A DNA stretch of 64,000 nt. Origin: Antedon mediterranea. Taxonomy: Eukaryota; Animalia; Echinodermata. The stretch spans positions 9,362,001-9,426,000 of the forward strand of contig NC_092671.1 in NCBI RefSeq assembly GCF_964355755.1, written 5' to 3'. Of the stretch, positions 1 to 13,345 are shown piece by piece. Both the position numbers and the translations under genes were made by a program. The notes under the pieces were generated by a model, which was not told the DNA's origin, made no database searches, and saw only the letters and a list, made by a program, of their open reading frames with translations. Every line of letters begins with the position of its first letter. The stretch's first letter is position 1.

Positions 1-44
1 AGCTTCATCGCAGGGGGGGGGGGGGGGGGTTGTTAAAAACATTG

Positions 45-302
45 GCTTAGCTAGGCTGCCCTATTACTCAATACGCCCACATGGCACAACTAATCATCTA
101 GGCCTAGGCCTAGTTAGGTAGGCCTAACTAACTCCTAGGCTTGGCCTAAGCCTATCCTCCTCCTACCTAGGCCTAGCTAGGGCCTAGGCTAGGCCTATCT
201 ATACCTCCACACTCTAACTGTATCTCCCGGAAAGAATAGCCTATATGGCCTAACCTGGCTGCAGTTATAGGGCCTACTACTACTACTACTACTACTAGGC
301 CT
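45..302. repeat. TAGGCCTA/CTAG-rich tract with (CTA)n, preceded by a G homopolymer
   Basis: CTAGGCCTAGGCCTAG..., (TAC)n at ~275-296. Confidence 0.75.
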
Positions 303-1633
303 TTTTTAGATCCAACAATGTTAAGTTCCGATCATTTCTATAAACATTATTTAAACAAATAAAAACATGCTCAAATATTACCGGCCACCCACACACGAAC
401 TTCCTCAAACCAGAAGACACGTCACTAAGGAATCGAGTAAATCGGACCAATCGAATTACTCAGTAAGAAGTCCGACCGCCGGGTGGCCACTGATTGGTTG
501 AAAGTTCCATTTTCTTCATTTTATACATTTAAATGTTATACATTCTTAACCCCAATTCAGTTAGTAGACTGCAAAACTGCAATTATTTCAATCAACACTG
601 TGTACATTATATATGTTTGTGCATACAAGTAAATCAATTTAAATAAAAAACTAAATATGTTAATTCAAGTGTTTAATAATGGGGAATGGCATATACTAAT
701 ACTAGGCCTATTTTAAAGCTTTTAAATTGACCGCGTATAGCACAGAATTCCATGTTTCCTATTGTGTAAACATAGGTAACCTATTTCAAATAAATTACGA
801 CACACTTAATAATACGTCACTCTCGTTCATTGTATAAAGGTTGTACTACGTGCAGAATCGCAGTGATCTTATGGAAACCGTGCCCCAAATCCAAAATTCA
901 ACTTAGACTATGCTCAATGTATACATGTATAGTATAAACTATATTTACATTTTATTATTGTTGTTCACGATCAAGATAAAAATCCTAGAACATTTTAAAT
1001 TACTACAAGTTATTACACAAGAAATGTTGTAAATTGTTCGCTGTAGAATTTCAACAGTTCAATGTTTTGTATGTCACGTGTCAAAAGTTCAATAGTGACG
1101 TCATCGGTTACCAGGATTTCCCAGTACCGGTATCCACCGCACTCTGTATTATACAATATTAAGTCCTGTTTTATCATATTAAATCATCCGTGCTTAAATA
1201 TAAATGTTATATCAAATTGTGTACAGGTAAACCACGAACAGTAGGACTGGTATAACGAGCGTATCGCCAGGAGGTAAGTTGGAATGTTGGTGTATACAAT
1301 GTATATGTCTCAGGCCTAAGCTTGATGTAAATGACTTGTAGCGAAGTAATATAAACAGCTAGCTGGACTTAGTCTGTGTAGTGCGGTCAATTACTGTGTA
1401 TTTTTGTATAATGTGCCCAGTGAGGTATGACGATGCAATTTAGTATAATATAACTAATACTTACAACCAGTCATTGCTATACTATTATGTAGCCTATGGT
1501 CATTATAAACTTTAATGACGTTGTTATAATAAGTTATGCATAAGACGTAGAATTCGTTATTAGATATGTATTAAAAATGTATGAAATGTGCATTCTTTAA
1601 TAGAGTCACTCTAATCATTGATGAATATGACGT

Positions 1634-2637
1634 GGTAGCCGATCACTCCGGCCGCGCTTCACTCCGGCCGCCGTATCAGTTTAGCGCGATGTTATGCACT
1701 CCGGCCGCTATTCAATTCGACTTCCTGTGCAAAGGGGCCGTTAATATGGAGCGCCCATATCTACGTTTTCTATACTGTTCAGTGTTATAACAAATTCTTG
1801 GTGAATTTAAATGGAACTAGTTGAATATTTATTAGCAACAATTTTACTTTTTTCATTAACAATAACATTCAAAGAAGTTGGAACTGCTTTTTCTTTCAAA
1901 CTAAACTTAACTTAATTAAATTCAATAATAAAATAATAATCAAATACCCGTCTAATTAATGCTTGAATAACAATATTTAATTTCTTTCTATGTACATTTA
2001 TTTTTATAGCTTTACATTTATTAACATTAAAAATTAGTTAAAACCCTTATTTTTATAACACTTTATCTTGCCAGTACCCATACTTACTAATTATAGTTAA
2101 TAACAATATTTACAATATCATTAATTTATTTATTTCAAATAATCAACTATTATTGATGTTTGTTATATAATATTTACAATATTCATTAATTTATTTCAAA
2201 TAATCAAATATCCGTCTAATTAATGTTACCTGGAATTTTATCAAGAATTAATATATCATTTTTGTACAGTCCAATTTACAATGATTTTATATTTTAATTT
2301 ATATATGATAAAAATAATATGACATATAGGGTACATTGCAATAAATTACATTAATTAATCACATTACAATTAATATACTAGCCTATTACATTGGATAAAA
2401 CACATAAATTATTTTGTTTTAGCATTAGACCTAATTTAAAACACTTGCGATGTTGTTGTGATCCTGAAAGAGAAAAAATATACTGTATGATTACAAATGT
2501 TTATTTTGATTCTCTACAAAAAACGTGTCTCGGTTGTAAAAGACTCATTGGGCGCTCCATAGCTGCGGCCGGAATGAATCGCGGCCGGATTATTGAAGCG
2601 CGGCCGGAGTGAAGCGCGGCCGGAGTGATCTGTATTC
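1634..2637. mobile_element. Non-autonomous DNA transposon (~1 kb) with GC-rich inverted termini and 8-bp TSD, in HIGD1 intron 1
   Basis: GATCACTCCGGCCGCGCTTCACTCCGGCCG (1641-1670) is inverted at 2601-2630; identical TATGACGT on both flanks (1626-1633, 2638-2645); AT-rich non-coding interior. Confidence 0.85.
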
Positions 2638-2856
2638 TATGACGTCTGTATCGTACTCGGTCAAAGTCTGACATGAGTTATGAAATATAGTAATAGTATA
2701 GCTTACTGTAGCGTTTGTCTGATTGTATTATTACTGTATTATTGAGTGTAATCACGTATTGTATAATAATGCAGGTTGTCAACTATTGTAGGTCTACAAA
2801 CGGATTCTCCAACAAACAATTCATCTATCCCTAGACTTTGTACGGCCAACCCACCA

Positions 2857-3629
2857 ATGATGTCAGATAGTAAAGTGAACTCGCCGGTAGAATTTAGTGC
2901 TGGTGACATATATAGGCAAGAAACTCCAACTGAGAAATTTGCCAGAAAATCTAAGCAAGATCCATTTGTACCTATTGGTAAGTTGTTAAATTATCATAGT
3001 ACCTGTACTAAAAATCAAAACTATCTTCATATAACTAAACAAATATCATTATTGCCATCAACATCATTTACTGTTGCCGACGATGATTTTATTTGTGTTT
3101 AACCCGACCCCTAAAAGGCCCATTTGCACTAGGATGATAAAGATCGACGATAAATAAATATGCATTTTTCATACATAAAACAAAAGAAATCTAAAAATCA
3201 TCCTAAAACTAGGATAACCATCTATGCTTCACATTTCACACGTCCAATCAAATGACGTCATTTGTTGTCTACACCCCGTAAAACGGCCGAGGAGGCATTG
3301 CCAATATGACGGCCTCTTTTGTTACAATACGACAGTAATACCGAAATCTATCATCATTTTCTAGAGTCTTCACAAAATTAATTGTCCATGATGAGTACAA
3401 TATGGCTATAATTTTTTTATTTAATCACATGTTATCTTTTATTTCAGGTATTGCTGGTCTTGCAGTGTCACTGGGTTACGGTGCATACGCGTACAGATCA
3501 AGAAGGGGGATGTCAACTTCTATATATCTTATGAGACTTCGAGTTATTGCACAAACAGCAGTGGTAGGAGCCATGATATGTGGTGTAGGCTACTCATTGG
3601 TATCAAGCACGCTTAAAAAAGATGAATAG
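2857..3629 (+). CDS. HIGD1: HIG1 domain family member 1 (HIGD1A-like), 2 coding exons: 2857-2977, 3448-3629; probable non-coding exon ending at 1273
   Basis: Spliced translation ETPTEKFARKSKQDPFVPIG|IAGLAVSLGYGAYAYRSRRGMSTSIYLMRLRVIAQTAVVGAM resembles the HIG1 motif (K...PFVPIG...S..L...RV.AQ..VVGAM); phase-1 GT-AG intron 2978-3447. Confidence 0.88.
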
Positions 3630-6024
3630 TATCATTTGTAAACAAAAAAGAGAATTATGTTATGTAGGCCAAAATCCAGACCCAATACTTTTACATCGAT
3701 TCCCCCAAATTGCCACAATGATGACGTATTTGTACTTTTTGTGTACGTTTTTACGTGTTACACTGAAATAAGTAATAATACCAAGTAGCATGAAAGTTAA
3801 AATAAATAGGGCCTATAGCTGTCTAAAGCTAGGAAGAGGTGGGAAGGGAGGCAAGGGTTCGTAATCGTAGTACAGGATAGTTATGATCGGTGAATTATTC
3901 GTCTGTTTTTAGTACGTAAGTCAGTACGTCAGTACGTAAACATTTCTCTGATGACACGCATCTTCAATATAGAGCAATGAGAATGAGAACAATTCACATG
4001 AGGGCGCTGTGGTGGAAAATATGAATAAAAACTGCGAATATCAAAAATAGGAGATCGTATTCAGAATCTGTTAATGGTGCTCATGGGTTATTTAAAGATA
4101 AAATGGTGTAATACAGTTTAAATCATACAGTATTATTACTCAACGTCATATGCTAGTATTTTTCATTTTTTTCTCAATAGGATAAAAGAAAGAAAAAAAA
4201 GACTTGTCCGCGTCCATTTAAGCAATTTTATTATTCACATATTTGAAAATGTAATATATTGCAGTAGTTAGTTACATGACAGAGCATGGTGTCTGGCGGG
4301 TAAAAACAAACCACGTGATTTTAACTAGAGAGATCAATATCAGGATTGAGTTTGTGTATGTAGAGTATTGTATTGATTATAAAAGATTGTATAAATGTAT
4401 TTACAGTGATAATTGTTATATTACAAATAAATCTAAACCAAAGTAAATGTGTTGAGGATTGTACATTTATAGTGTCCATATCATTTTAGTCTTCTTCATT
4501 TAATTATTCTTGTTTTGTTATCTCGTATATTTTTCACGTTACTCGCTTTATCTGTTAATTTAATATTCATTATCAACATTTTGAGACATCTATACTATAT
4601 ACTTGTAATCTTTTGTTTAGAGTTAACGGTTAGTTATACATATATTTATAATATATAGAGTTTTAAAAAACGGCATTTCATGTCTATACCATTACCGCAC
4701 AATTAGGGCCTACAATACGGATCACCGGTAACGGCCTTGATTATATTATTATTAATTTATATTGTTATTACTTTTATATTTACTCGCATCATCCGTTTTA
4801 TTTGTTATATTGTTGATGTTAATATACTGTAGGTCTATTCATTATTATTGATTAAGATAATACCGTACAACTTCAGAACGTTTTAATTTATCGTAGTCTG
4901 AACAACCACTTGTCCATTGAGCTAGCAGACTGATTGAGAGTTTTATCTTTATTATATTTTTTTAACGTTAAAACCTCTTAAATGAAATATGTCGATAGTA
5001 CTGTTTTGCATAATAAATCTCACATCGGTTACAAACGAGGCGTTAAATTAACGCATATAATAAGACAGTAAAATGTAGATTTATAGAAATCTATGAAGTA
5101 AAGGTTTAACAGCAAATTGTTGCACCTGCCTGTAATGCAACGATCATGAACAAAGCGACGTGTAGTGAAGAACCGATACTGCATCCAACAATAATCAATT
5201 ACCCATGGTGGTCATCAGATTGAGTGGTCAAGCGGTTTTTAAAGATCTGTAAATTACCTAGTGATATTAATGTCAATGTAATAATAATGTAAATTGTTTT
5301 CAATTTATTATTTGTTATTAAGTTGTGAGGCTTTCCGTTATACATTCGGTATTTTACTTTCACTATAGGCTATACACTATAATTTTGCATCACGAAGAAA
5401 ATGAACTATAATCTCAATATTCCAGGCAATTTTGTTTTTAATTTAATCTTATTTTTAAAATTAAATCGATTCGGTAAAGGCCTTGCTGTAAGAAAGACAT
5501 CTCCATTGTAATCGTAAAAAATAGTTTGAAGGTAATAAAATGTAGATCGACCATCAAACATAACTCTATCTTTCCCAACACAGCAGCAGCGTCATAAGTG
5601 CTATACTGAATGAATAGATGCTCAAGAACAATGAGAATTGTGTATTCGTGTCGACCACGATTTACAATCATTTTAACCGATTCAAATTATGTTTTCGAAA
5701 ATTCCTATTTAATAAAAAAAAATAAAACCAATCAAATTATATTTTCTTGGTTCGTGATACTGTATCCTTCAATTTGAGATTAAAGTCATGCTATTATTGA
5801 AGTAAGCAACGCAATTTAAAAAATATATTTCTTGTCCTTTATGTAATTTTTTAAGTAATAAAATTGACCACCAACTCAATAAAAAAAAATAACAATAGGC
5901 CTATAACTATTATTTGTTTTAATAATACGGATCCGTGATTTATTGTAAAAAATGTATCCTGTCTATTACAGTCGATTCGGTGTCACATGTCTAAAGACAA
6001 TACACCGAATACTTAATTTAATAA

Positions 6025-6179
6025 AGCTCTGTCTACACTATCAAACTAGTGTATAAAATTTGATGTGCCTACATATGGTAGTGATATGCCCAAATACAGT
6101 AGTGATATGACATCATCATATTCATATATGGGCACATCACATTTCAGTTGTCACATAAAGTTATAGTGTAGACAGAGCT
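6025..6179. mobile_element. PIF/Harbinger-type MITE, family 1
   Basis: TIR AGCTCTGTCTACACTAT...ATAGTGTAGACAGAGCT with TAA/TTA flanks. Confidence 0.85.
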
Positions 6180-7644
6180 TTAGACTTGTCCTACATGTTC
6201 TATAGCTAAACGTTGGCTCTCTGATTTGTTAGTGGTCGTAGAACATTTCACTCTTCCTGAGCTGTAGAAATTCACTATTCCCACCAATAAAGCTTAGAGA
6301 AATACTTCCACTTAATAAAAAATATGTTATCTATGTGAATACCACTCAGGGCCTAAATAAAATCCTTATTTATTTTATTGACTCACGTGAAATACTTTGT
6401 TATGTGTGAGTGATGAACGGCGACAGTTAACAGAACAGTCGTATCGGAGAGGCCTAAAGTAGTGATGGGGAAAACAAATTGTGCGTTTTGTGAATCAAAA
6501 CTCCCACAACGATGATAGTGTAGAAATAATAATACGTCACTAAAATGGCACCCGATATCGTGTAATAAAAGTACTTAATACAGTTAGATAGGTATCTGGT
6601 AGACTGGCAACAATCTTCCACACAGAGTCTACTGACAGCCAGAGAATCAGGTGAAATGGTTCAATTTTATCCATTGCAATTATCAACGATACAATAGTCT
6701 ATATAGGCCTACTATATAATAATCTTTTCTGTAATGTAATGTTTACTAAACTTTTAATCCCATAAGATAACGTAATACCTACATATGTTACAGACATCAT
6801 CATATCAATAATAAAACAAATAGCATAATGGTGAATCATTGATTAAAAGCGTTAAAAACACATTTAGACCACTTTAGTTATGTTACAGTAGAAAAAAATC
6901 CTCGTTCGGATGCACTCAAAGAGCTTTCACATAAATTTATACCTGTAAACTTACGAGGTTAATGAGTAACGATATTTTAATTGTATTTCAAATCATGAAT
7001 AATTAAATTTAAGCATATGAGAAAACATCGATAGACACTCTCAAATTTTAAATCCAATAAGCTGAAACATCTGCATTTTGCGAAACGAATGTGTTGCTTG
7101 CTTCCATTTTGGACAAGATAGACCAAGCACAAAAGTATCCTAATAGTAATACGGTAATACAGTATTATGAAATACCATAATTAATGTTTATCAATAGGGA
7201 GAATATTTCGTGTTCTACAGTACCCTTTCAATGAATTTACTCTCAATTCACGATTCAACGAATACAAAAAAACACCTACAGTTCCCAAGGCAAACTTTAC
7301 TCAAGTAATACATCTTGAAACAAACGACAATTAAACGTGTTTCTTTCAAACTGGGCAATAAACTTAAGTTATATAAATAATCAAAATTATATTAAATGAT
7401 TGCACAGTTTGTAATATTAAAACTAAATAAAAAAATTGCACAGAATATTTGATCCTATTAGGAACTTGATTTAGATCGATCGATATGAAAACAATAATGG
7501 TTATACCTATAAAATATACAATTTTTCTGACCTTTTTTATCTTAATAAACTACAGACCGTTAGAATTTAACATTGATTTACAAATATTCAACTATCATTC
7601 ATTCATCGGTTGGAACAGGATGACCTTTAGTTTATATTTTCTTC

Positions 7645-10263
7645 TCAGATGTATTTGTAGGGGTGTCCAAGGCTCGGCTGAGGTAGTGATGATGTGCTTG
7701 GTGTCGGCCTGTAGTAACATGCCCCGCAGAAGTTGGAATACGCCGACGGAAACGCGGAACTACCTGTAGCTGCTAAACCAAGGCACCTAAACAGAGAGAT
7801 AAACGTAATTTGTTGTGTTTGTTTGTTTGTTTTATCTTTATACTGGGTGACCTCTTCAGTCAAAGACTGATCTCCCAGAGGGCCCAGTTGGTGATCAGTG
7901 GCTGTGATGTACTAATACACCGGGGTAACCCACTACTCATCTCGAAAGATGTACTAGGTTCTTTAAAGTGCACACGAGCAAGTTGTGTACACTGGACCTA
8001 CGGTTTATATTCCTTATCCGAGAAGACTCGTTCTACCACCAGAACCATGGAGTGAGTGAGCCTCGAACCCCTGCCGATGTTATGGCTACGTGATTACGGT
8101 TCCACTGTCTAAACCGCTCGGCCACTCACTCTTATTATATAGATATCGATGAAACAAATACACTTTTTGTCACTTAGTAAGCTAGTCTGAGATACTGATT
8201 TTGTGGTTTTACTCATTCTATTTCACACAATATCCCAATACGACAAGTGGAGTAACGTGTTTTTAGCTAGTTAGTCTCACCTATAATGTTGATCCATTTG
8301 TGCTTTCTCAATCCGCTTATCCTTTGCTCTACGATTCTGAAACCATATTTTGATTTGAGTCTCTGTTAAGCTGAGCATTTCCGCTAACTCAAACCGTCTT
8401 GGTCTTGTGATGTATTCTGATCTGTGATATTCCAATTCTAACTTCAATGTTTGCTCGCTCGTAAATGTTGTTCGCTGTCTTCTCTGTCGTGTCTCTTTTC
8501 TCCTTCTTCTAGGAACTAGTAAAATATTGATTTCGTTATTTCAGTTTTACAATAATCTTCATAAAAAGGGAAAACATTATAAACTAATAATTCAATTACA
8601 TCCGTCTTCCAATAACAGACGTCTATTTTCTGAATTACTATTTCAAAGGTTTAGATGGAGGTCGTTAAATATAGGCCTATATATGAATTTTAACATTTTT
8701 CTAATTTTTGTAGGCCTACATGAATTTAACATTTTTTATCTGAGAATTTTAACTTTTAAGAATCCTACGGTATATTTATGTTCGAATGTCTTCTGTATTT
8801 TTTAGTATTGTTTTTACGAAATTGAATTGAAATTATTCGATTTTTGGCCCTTTTACAGATGGCTAAGTTCAGCAGCCGCAAAAACACAACCGTGATTTTC
8901 AAAAGGAAACTCGGAGGTTTGTACCCGACCGAACTATAAAACTATCGTAAATAATGTTATTGTGAATATTGTTATATAGGCCTAACGGTATAATTATCAT
9001 TAAGGTTATATTTTTATTATCATTGTTATTATCATTACTATCTTCTTATTGATAATTATTAGATCAACTCGACTTTATATTTTCTCGTTGGATCACGTGT
9101 GTTTATAAGATGGTTTAGCATTGCTTACATAACATCACAACGCGCGTGGTACAGCTTGAAAGTCAGTTATTAAAACTGCGAATTCACATTCGATTTTTGT
9201 TGTATTTTTTTAATCGTTAATTTTATGAACATAGAGTGTTTGAATGTTACAGATGGAGGCACGTAAATCAGGCGTAAACCTATGACACATAGCCAATACA
9301 TTGCACAATAAAACAAGTTTGTGTATCAAAAGCAAAGTACGAACGAGGCTTAAAGTTATTCAGAAGAATATGGGTAGCCCTGAATAGGAACAAGTGCAGG
9401 CACATAATACTGATTGACATCTCTAACTTTAAATTTTAACGTATTTGAAATGAATATTACATAATTCATAAAATGATTACAGAATACAGAATACAGTAGG
9501 TATATATAATAGTAAATTCATTTTTATAATCCAAAACAAAAAAAATAGAAATAAAAGTAACATAGTGACAATAATCACCGTGTCCACAATGTTTTGGGCC
9601 AAAGACGTCACTAAACAAAGTATTGAGCTGTATTCAGACGACCAAGACAGAAGCATGCTCATGGAAAGACTTTTAACACTAACAATAATTCATAACCCTC
9701 CTAAAACACAACTCTTAATATAACCAGCATTTTCAACACCGATCGGGTTACATCTGATGCCCTGGCATGACGACATTTATTGACATGATATTGAGACTAA
9801 AATAAATTTCAGATTTAGGAATGTCCCTCTTGTAAACCAACACACTTAAATTCACATAAGTAATGTAACAAACGATCTACTTACTGAAACTTGTTTGCTG
9901 TGGAAACGGTACATTCGCATTTGCTGACGGTAGATTTTGTAGAAAATTATTGGTCGCTAGGCCTATGGTACCACCACCAGAACCAATCGATTCTCCTGAA
10001 TCTAACATCTTGGAATATAAATGAAATCTAGAAGTAGTTGAATTAATTGTTGATTGCTGAATCTTCACGGTGGCGTTTGATTTTGAGTTATTTTTTATTA
10101 ATAACGAATTTGCGTTAGCAGTTATCGATGTAAAAGCAGACAATCGGGGCGATGTTCGATTTGGCTCCGTCAACACAGGCCCAGGGCTGCTCTTTGTGCT
10201 TCTATCTTCATTGAACTGAAGTAAGTTCGTTGGTCTCCCTGTTTCACTAGATTCAGACAGCAT
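7645..10263 (-). CDS. Ro: Homeobox protein rough (Ro), 3 exons: 10263-9885, 8515-8281, 7786-7645
   Basis: Exon 2 (missing from the ORF track) translates [62 protein letters not shown]; QTL.LE.E and [12 protein letters not shown] are characteristic of Drosophila rough; GT-AG junctions keep frame. Confidence 0.92.
7810..8131 (-). mobile_element. tRNA-derived SINE with Deu/Nin-like central domain and (AAAC)n tail, in rough intron 2
   Basis: Minus strand: A-box TGGCCGAGCGG, B-box GGTTCGAGGC, core GATAAGGAATATAAACCGTAGGTCC...GCACTTTAAAGAACC...GATGAGTAG; related copy at 20722-21065. Confidence 0.8.
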
Positions 10264-13078
10264 CTTCACTGATGTGCCTACTATACAATTTTATCAACGA
10301 TGTATTGCCAGTCAACCAGCAGGTAGGCCTACCAATTAATATGCCAAGCAGGTTATATGCCTATATCATCTTAGTTCTCACTGATATTACTTTGCGAGGG
10401 ACGCTCAAACGATAACTCTATTCACAAGATAACTCGGCGTGTGTGAAGTAACCTATTGTAGGCCAAACCGTTTATCTTCAATATCAATCGAGTAATATCA
10501 TGCTTTATTTCTCTCGCTGATCCAGCATTGTTAGTATAAGGTTAAATGATCATAATTAAGTAGACAAAATTATACCACGCCTTTTAATCTATTTGACGTA
10601 ACGACCGAAATAACAGTGATCAATGTGAAATCACTGGTCACCGTCTGCTTTGTACTACAGATGTAACGTGAACTTTCATTGGATAAAAGTCACTGCTGAT
10701 TTGTCTAAATTAGGCCATCAACCAAACAGCGAATGAGATTCATTTTTATTGATTGGTTCAGGGAAGCTAACTTGTTATCTGGGATTTTTTTAATTTATTG
10801 ATGGGAACACTCTTTTGATATTTGTTAGTTTTTCTGTACATCAATATATTTTAGAATTTTAAAGAATGATTGTAATTAATTTGGCCTATTCATTAACCAG
10901 TCGATTTTTAAATATGATATAGGTCTAATTAGAGTATGAAAAACCCACGACAATACCGGGGTGGTGATAATGAAGATCGAAAGAATGATGATAATGATCA
11001 GATAGTTACGTTTATGATGATGAAGATGAAACTGATAATAATTGTTACGACGTAACGACGTTGAGTTGTTACGATGAAAATACGAACTTGATTATGATAT
11101 ATGATAAGTACGATATGGTAAATGTAAAAACGATGGCTACGATAACATTATTATGATGATAAATATCAACATGATAGTGACGATAATTATGTTAAAGACG
11201 ATGGAATCGACGAAAGATTCAGAATATAAAACCGCAATGGTGATGAAATGATGACAGTAAATGTAAAACGATAACCCATGGGTTATAACATAACTATGAT
11301 AATAATTATAGTGACGAAAATTATAACGACGAAGATGAACTCGCATAGATTCGGAACAGCGACGGGAAAGAAACCGACTACAACTTAATAAATTAATAAA
11401 GGATGAATTGATTGAATGTAATATTTCCGTCGTTTGGTCAATTTATATGTGGTAATTCGTGATTATTTATCTTTTAATTACATCTGTTGAGTTGTTTGGT
11501 CGAAGATGTTTCCTTTAATTAATTCTCTGAATGTATTAGTGTCCAAAAGATAAACCACGTTGATTGTATTAATTTGTGTTACTTTGTTTGCCATCATGCC
11601 TTTAACATAAAATTTCGTTTTACGATTACAATTTGCTAAATACACTAAACAAAATTATTCATGAGGTAGTTTAACACTCATTCTGTCCTTGATTTTCGTT
11701 TAATAATCATAACCGTTTGTCACATCCTACACGGGAAAAATCTTCTCGTCTTTTGACATAATTACCTTTTAATATAAACTATAGTGTCGTGTACAGATGC
11801 ATATGAATTAACTAAATCCTAGAGGTACGTTCATACAATGGGACGAGTCGGCTAAGATAAAAGGTAATAAATCAGTTATGGTATTCATTACTGTCAAGAC
11901 AGGTGTTCCTTTCAAGATGCCGATTATAACTTAAAGAATAACTGCAGGGAGAAACACACGGGGAGAGGTGAAAGTGAGAAATTTTCTTGCAGGGCTACTT
12001 TGCTAATAAAACGGTGCAATCAAATTCGGCAGGCTACTTACGACGAGCTCGTGGATGGATTCGCTTTAACATCTGCAGTGTACCATTCATCGGAAGTCAT
12101 CGTCGAAGATAATTATGGCACTCTCTTTATCATTCATCATCCTAGATATTTCTTAACACAATTGTTATCATTATTAATTGTCTTATTTTCTGACAAATTA
12201 CAACCGCCCTCTTTCTCGTTATCATAATGACTCAATTCAGTTTTGTAGCGAAGAAGTTCTAGAAAGATTTCCGTCTTAGGGCCTCGATGACCCTAATCCG
12301 AACGACGGATATTTCGTGCAATTGATAAAATCGAAATGTTATTACAATCAATAAATGAATACGACTTGGAACGTAGAGCTTTCGAACAGAATGTGAATAT
12401 CTGGCTAATTTGCGGATGCCTATTTATTTGTGATTTAATTCAGATTTTAGACTTGATCTAATTTCGTTCATTTGGTGGACTGATTTTCACGTGAACTGTT
12501 ATCATTATTACACTTATCATTATGCGTTGTTATGGAATAATCGATTAATACCGAGAGAGTGGATTAACAAGATTATTACTTACTTATTATACTGTAATTA
12601 GAAAAGGGTAAATGCAAACTGTTACATGTTCCAAATATTTAGGCCTAAAAGAACTGGAACTATATATTATTAAATATATATAAATCCACAACAGGCAAAG
12701 GACATATATATATATATGATATGATATACCGTACTGAAAATGTATTAATTCATTTTAAACGATAACATGAGGAAATCTGAGAACGCTCCAACCGAGATTC
12801 GAACTAGCCGGACCTCCTGCTTGATATGCAGATGTCTTAACCATTACTGGGTTTTCATGCTATAGAAAGCACAGCTTTATAAGCATACTACTATAAAAAG
12901 TGACTTCACTACTACCCATAGAGGAAGTCTTCCTCAAAGAGTTGCCACATTTAAATATAAGTTATAACATTTCAGTATATGTACAAAACATTCAAATATA
13001 ATTACTACTAATTACTTAATAATTTAACCCTAGCTTAAGTTAGTGCATGCTTCATTTACTCTCTATTCTTAATTCTGG

Positions 13079-13345
13079 CCCCGAAACCTTGACTCAGAAA
13101 TACCGGGATGGTGTCCGGCGGGGGATAGTTTTACCTTAGTTAAGCATAGTTAAGCTTAGTTACATTTTTTTTTCACATTATTGATTGTCTCCATCCCCGA
13201 AACCTCGACTAAGAAATACCGGAATGGTGTCCGGCGGGGGATAGTTTATTACCATTAGTTAAGGTCTAATGTAAAGCACCTAGAGGGGTCAGTGATCCAT
13301 TAGGCGCTATATAAATACTGTTTATTATTATTATTATTATTATTA
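13079..13345 (+). mobile_element. LINE2/SINE-like 3' end remnant with a duplicated ~55-bp GC-rich unit and (TTA)n tail
   Basis: CCCCGAAACCTYGACTMAGAAATACCGGRATGGTGTCCGGCGGGG occurs twice; followed by TGTAAAGCACCTAGAG...GGCGCTATATAAAT...(TTA)n, resembling L2-type tails. Confidence 0.55.

Noticed and set aside
7810-8055. 81-aa plus-strand ORF
   Set aside because: It lies inside the SINE, on the opposite strand, with no protein motif
10960-11345. GAT/GAC-rich stretch and a 69-aa ORF upstream of rough
   Set aside because: Degenerate trinucleotide microsatellite with no coding signature
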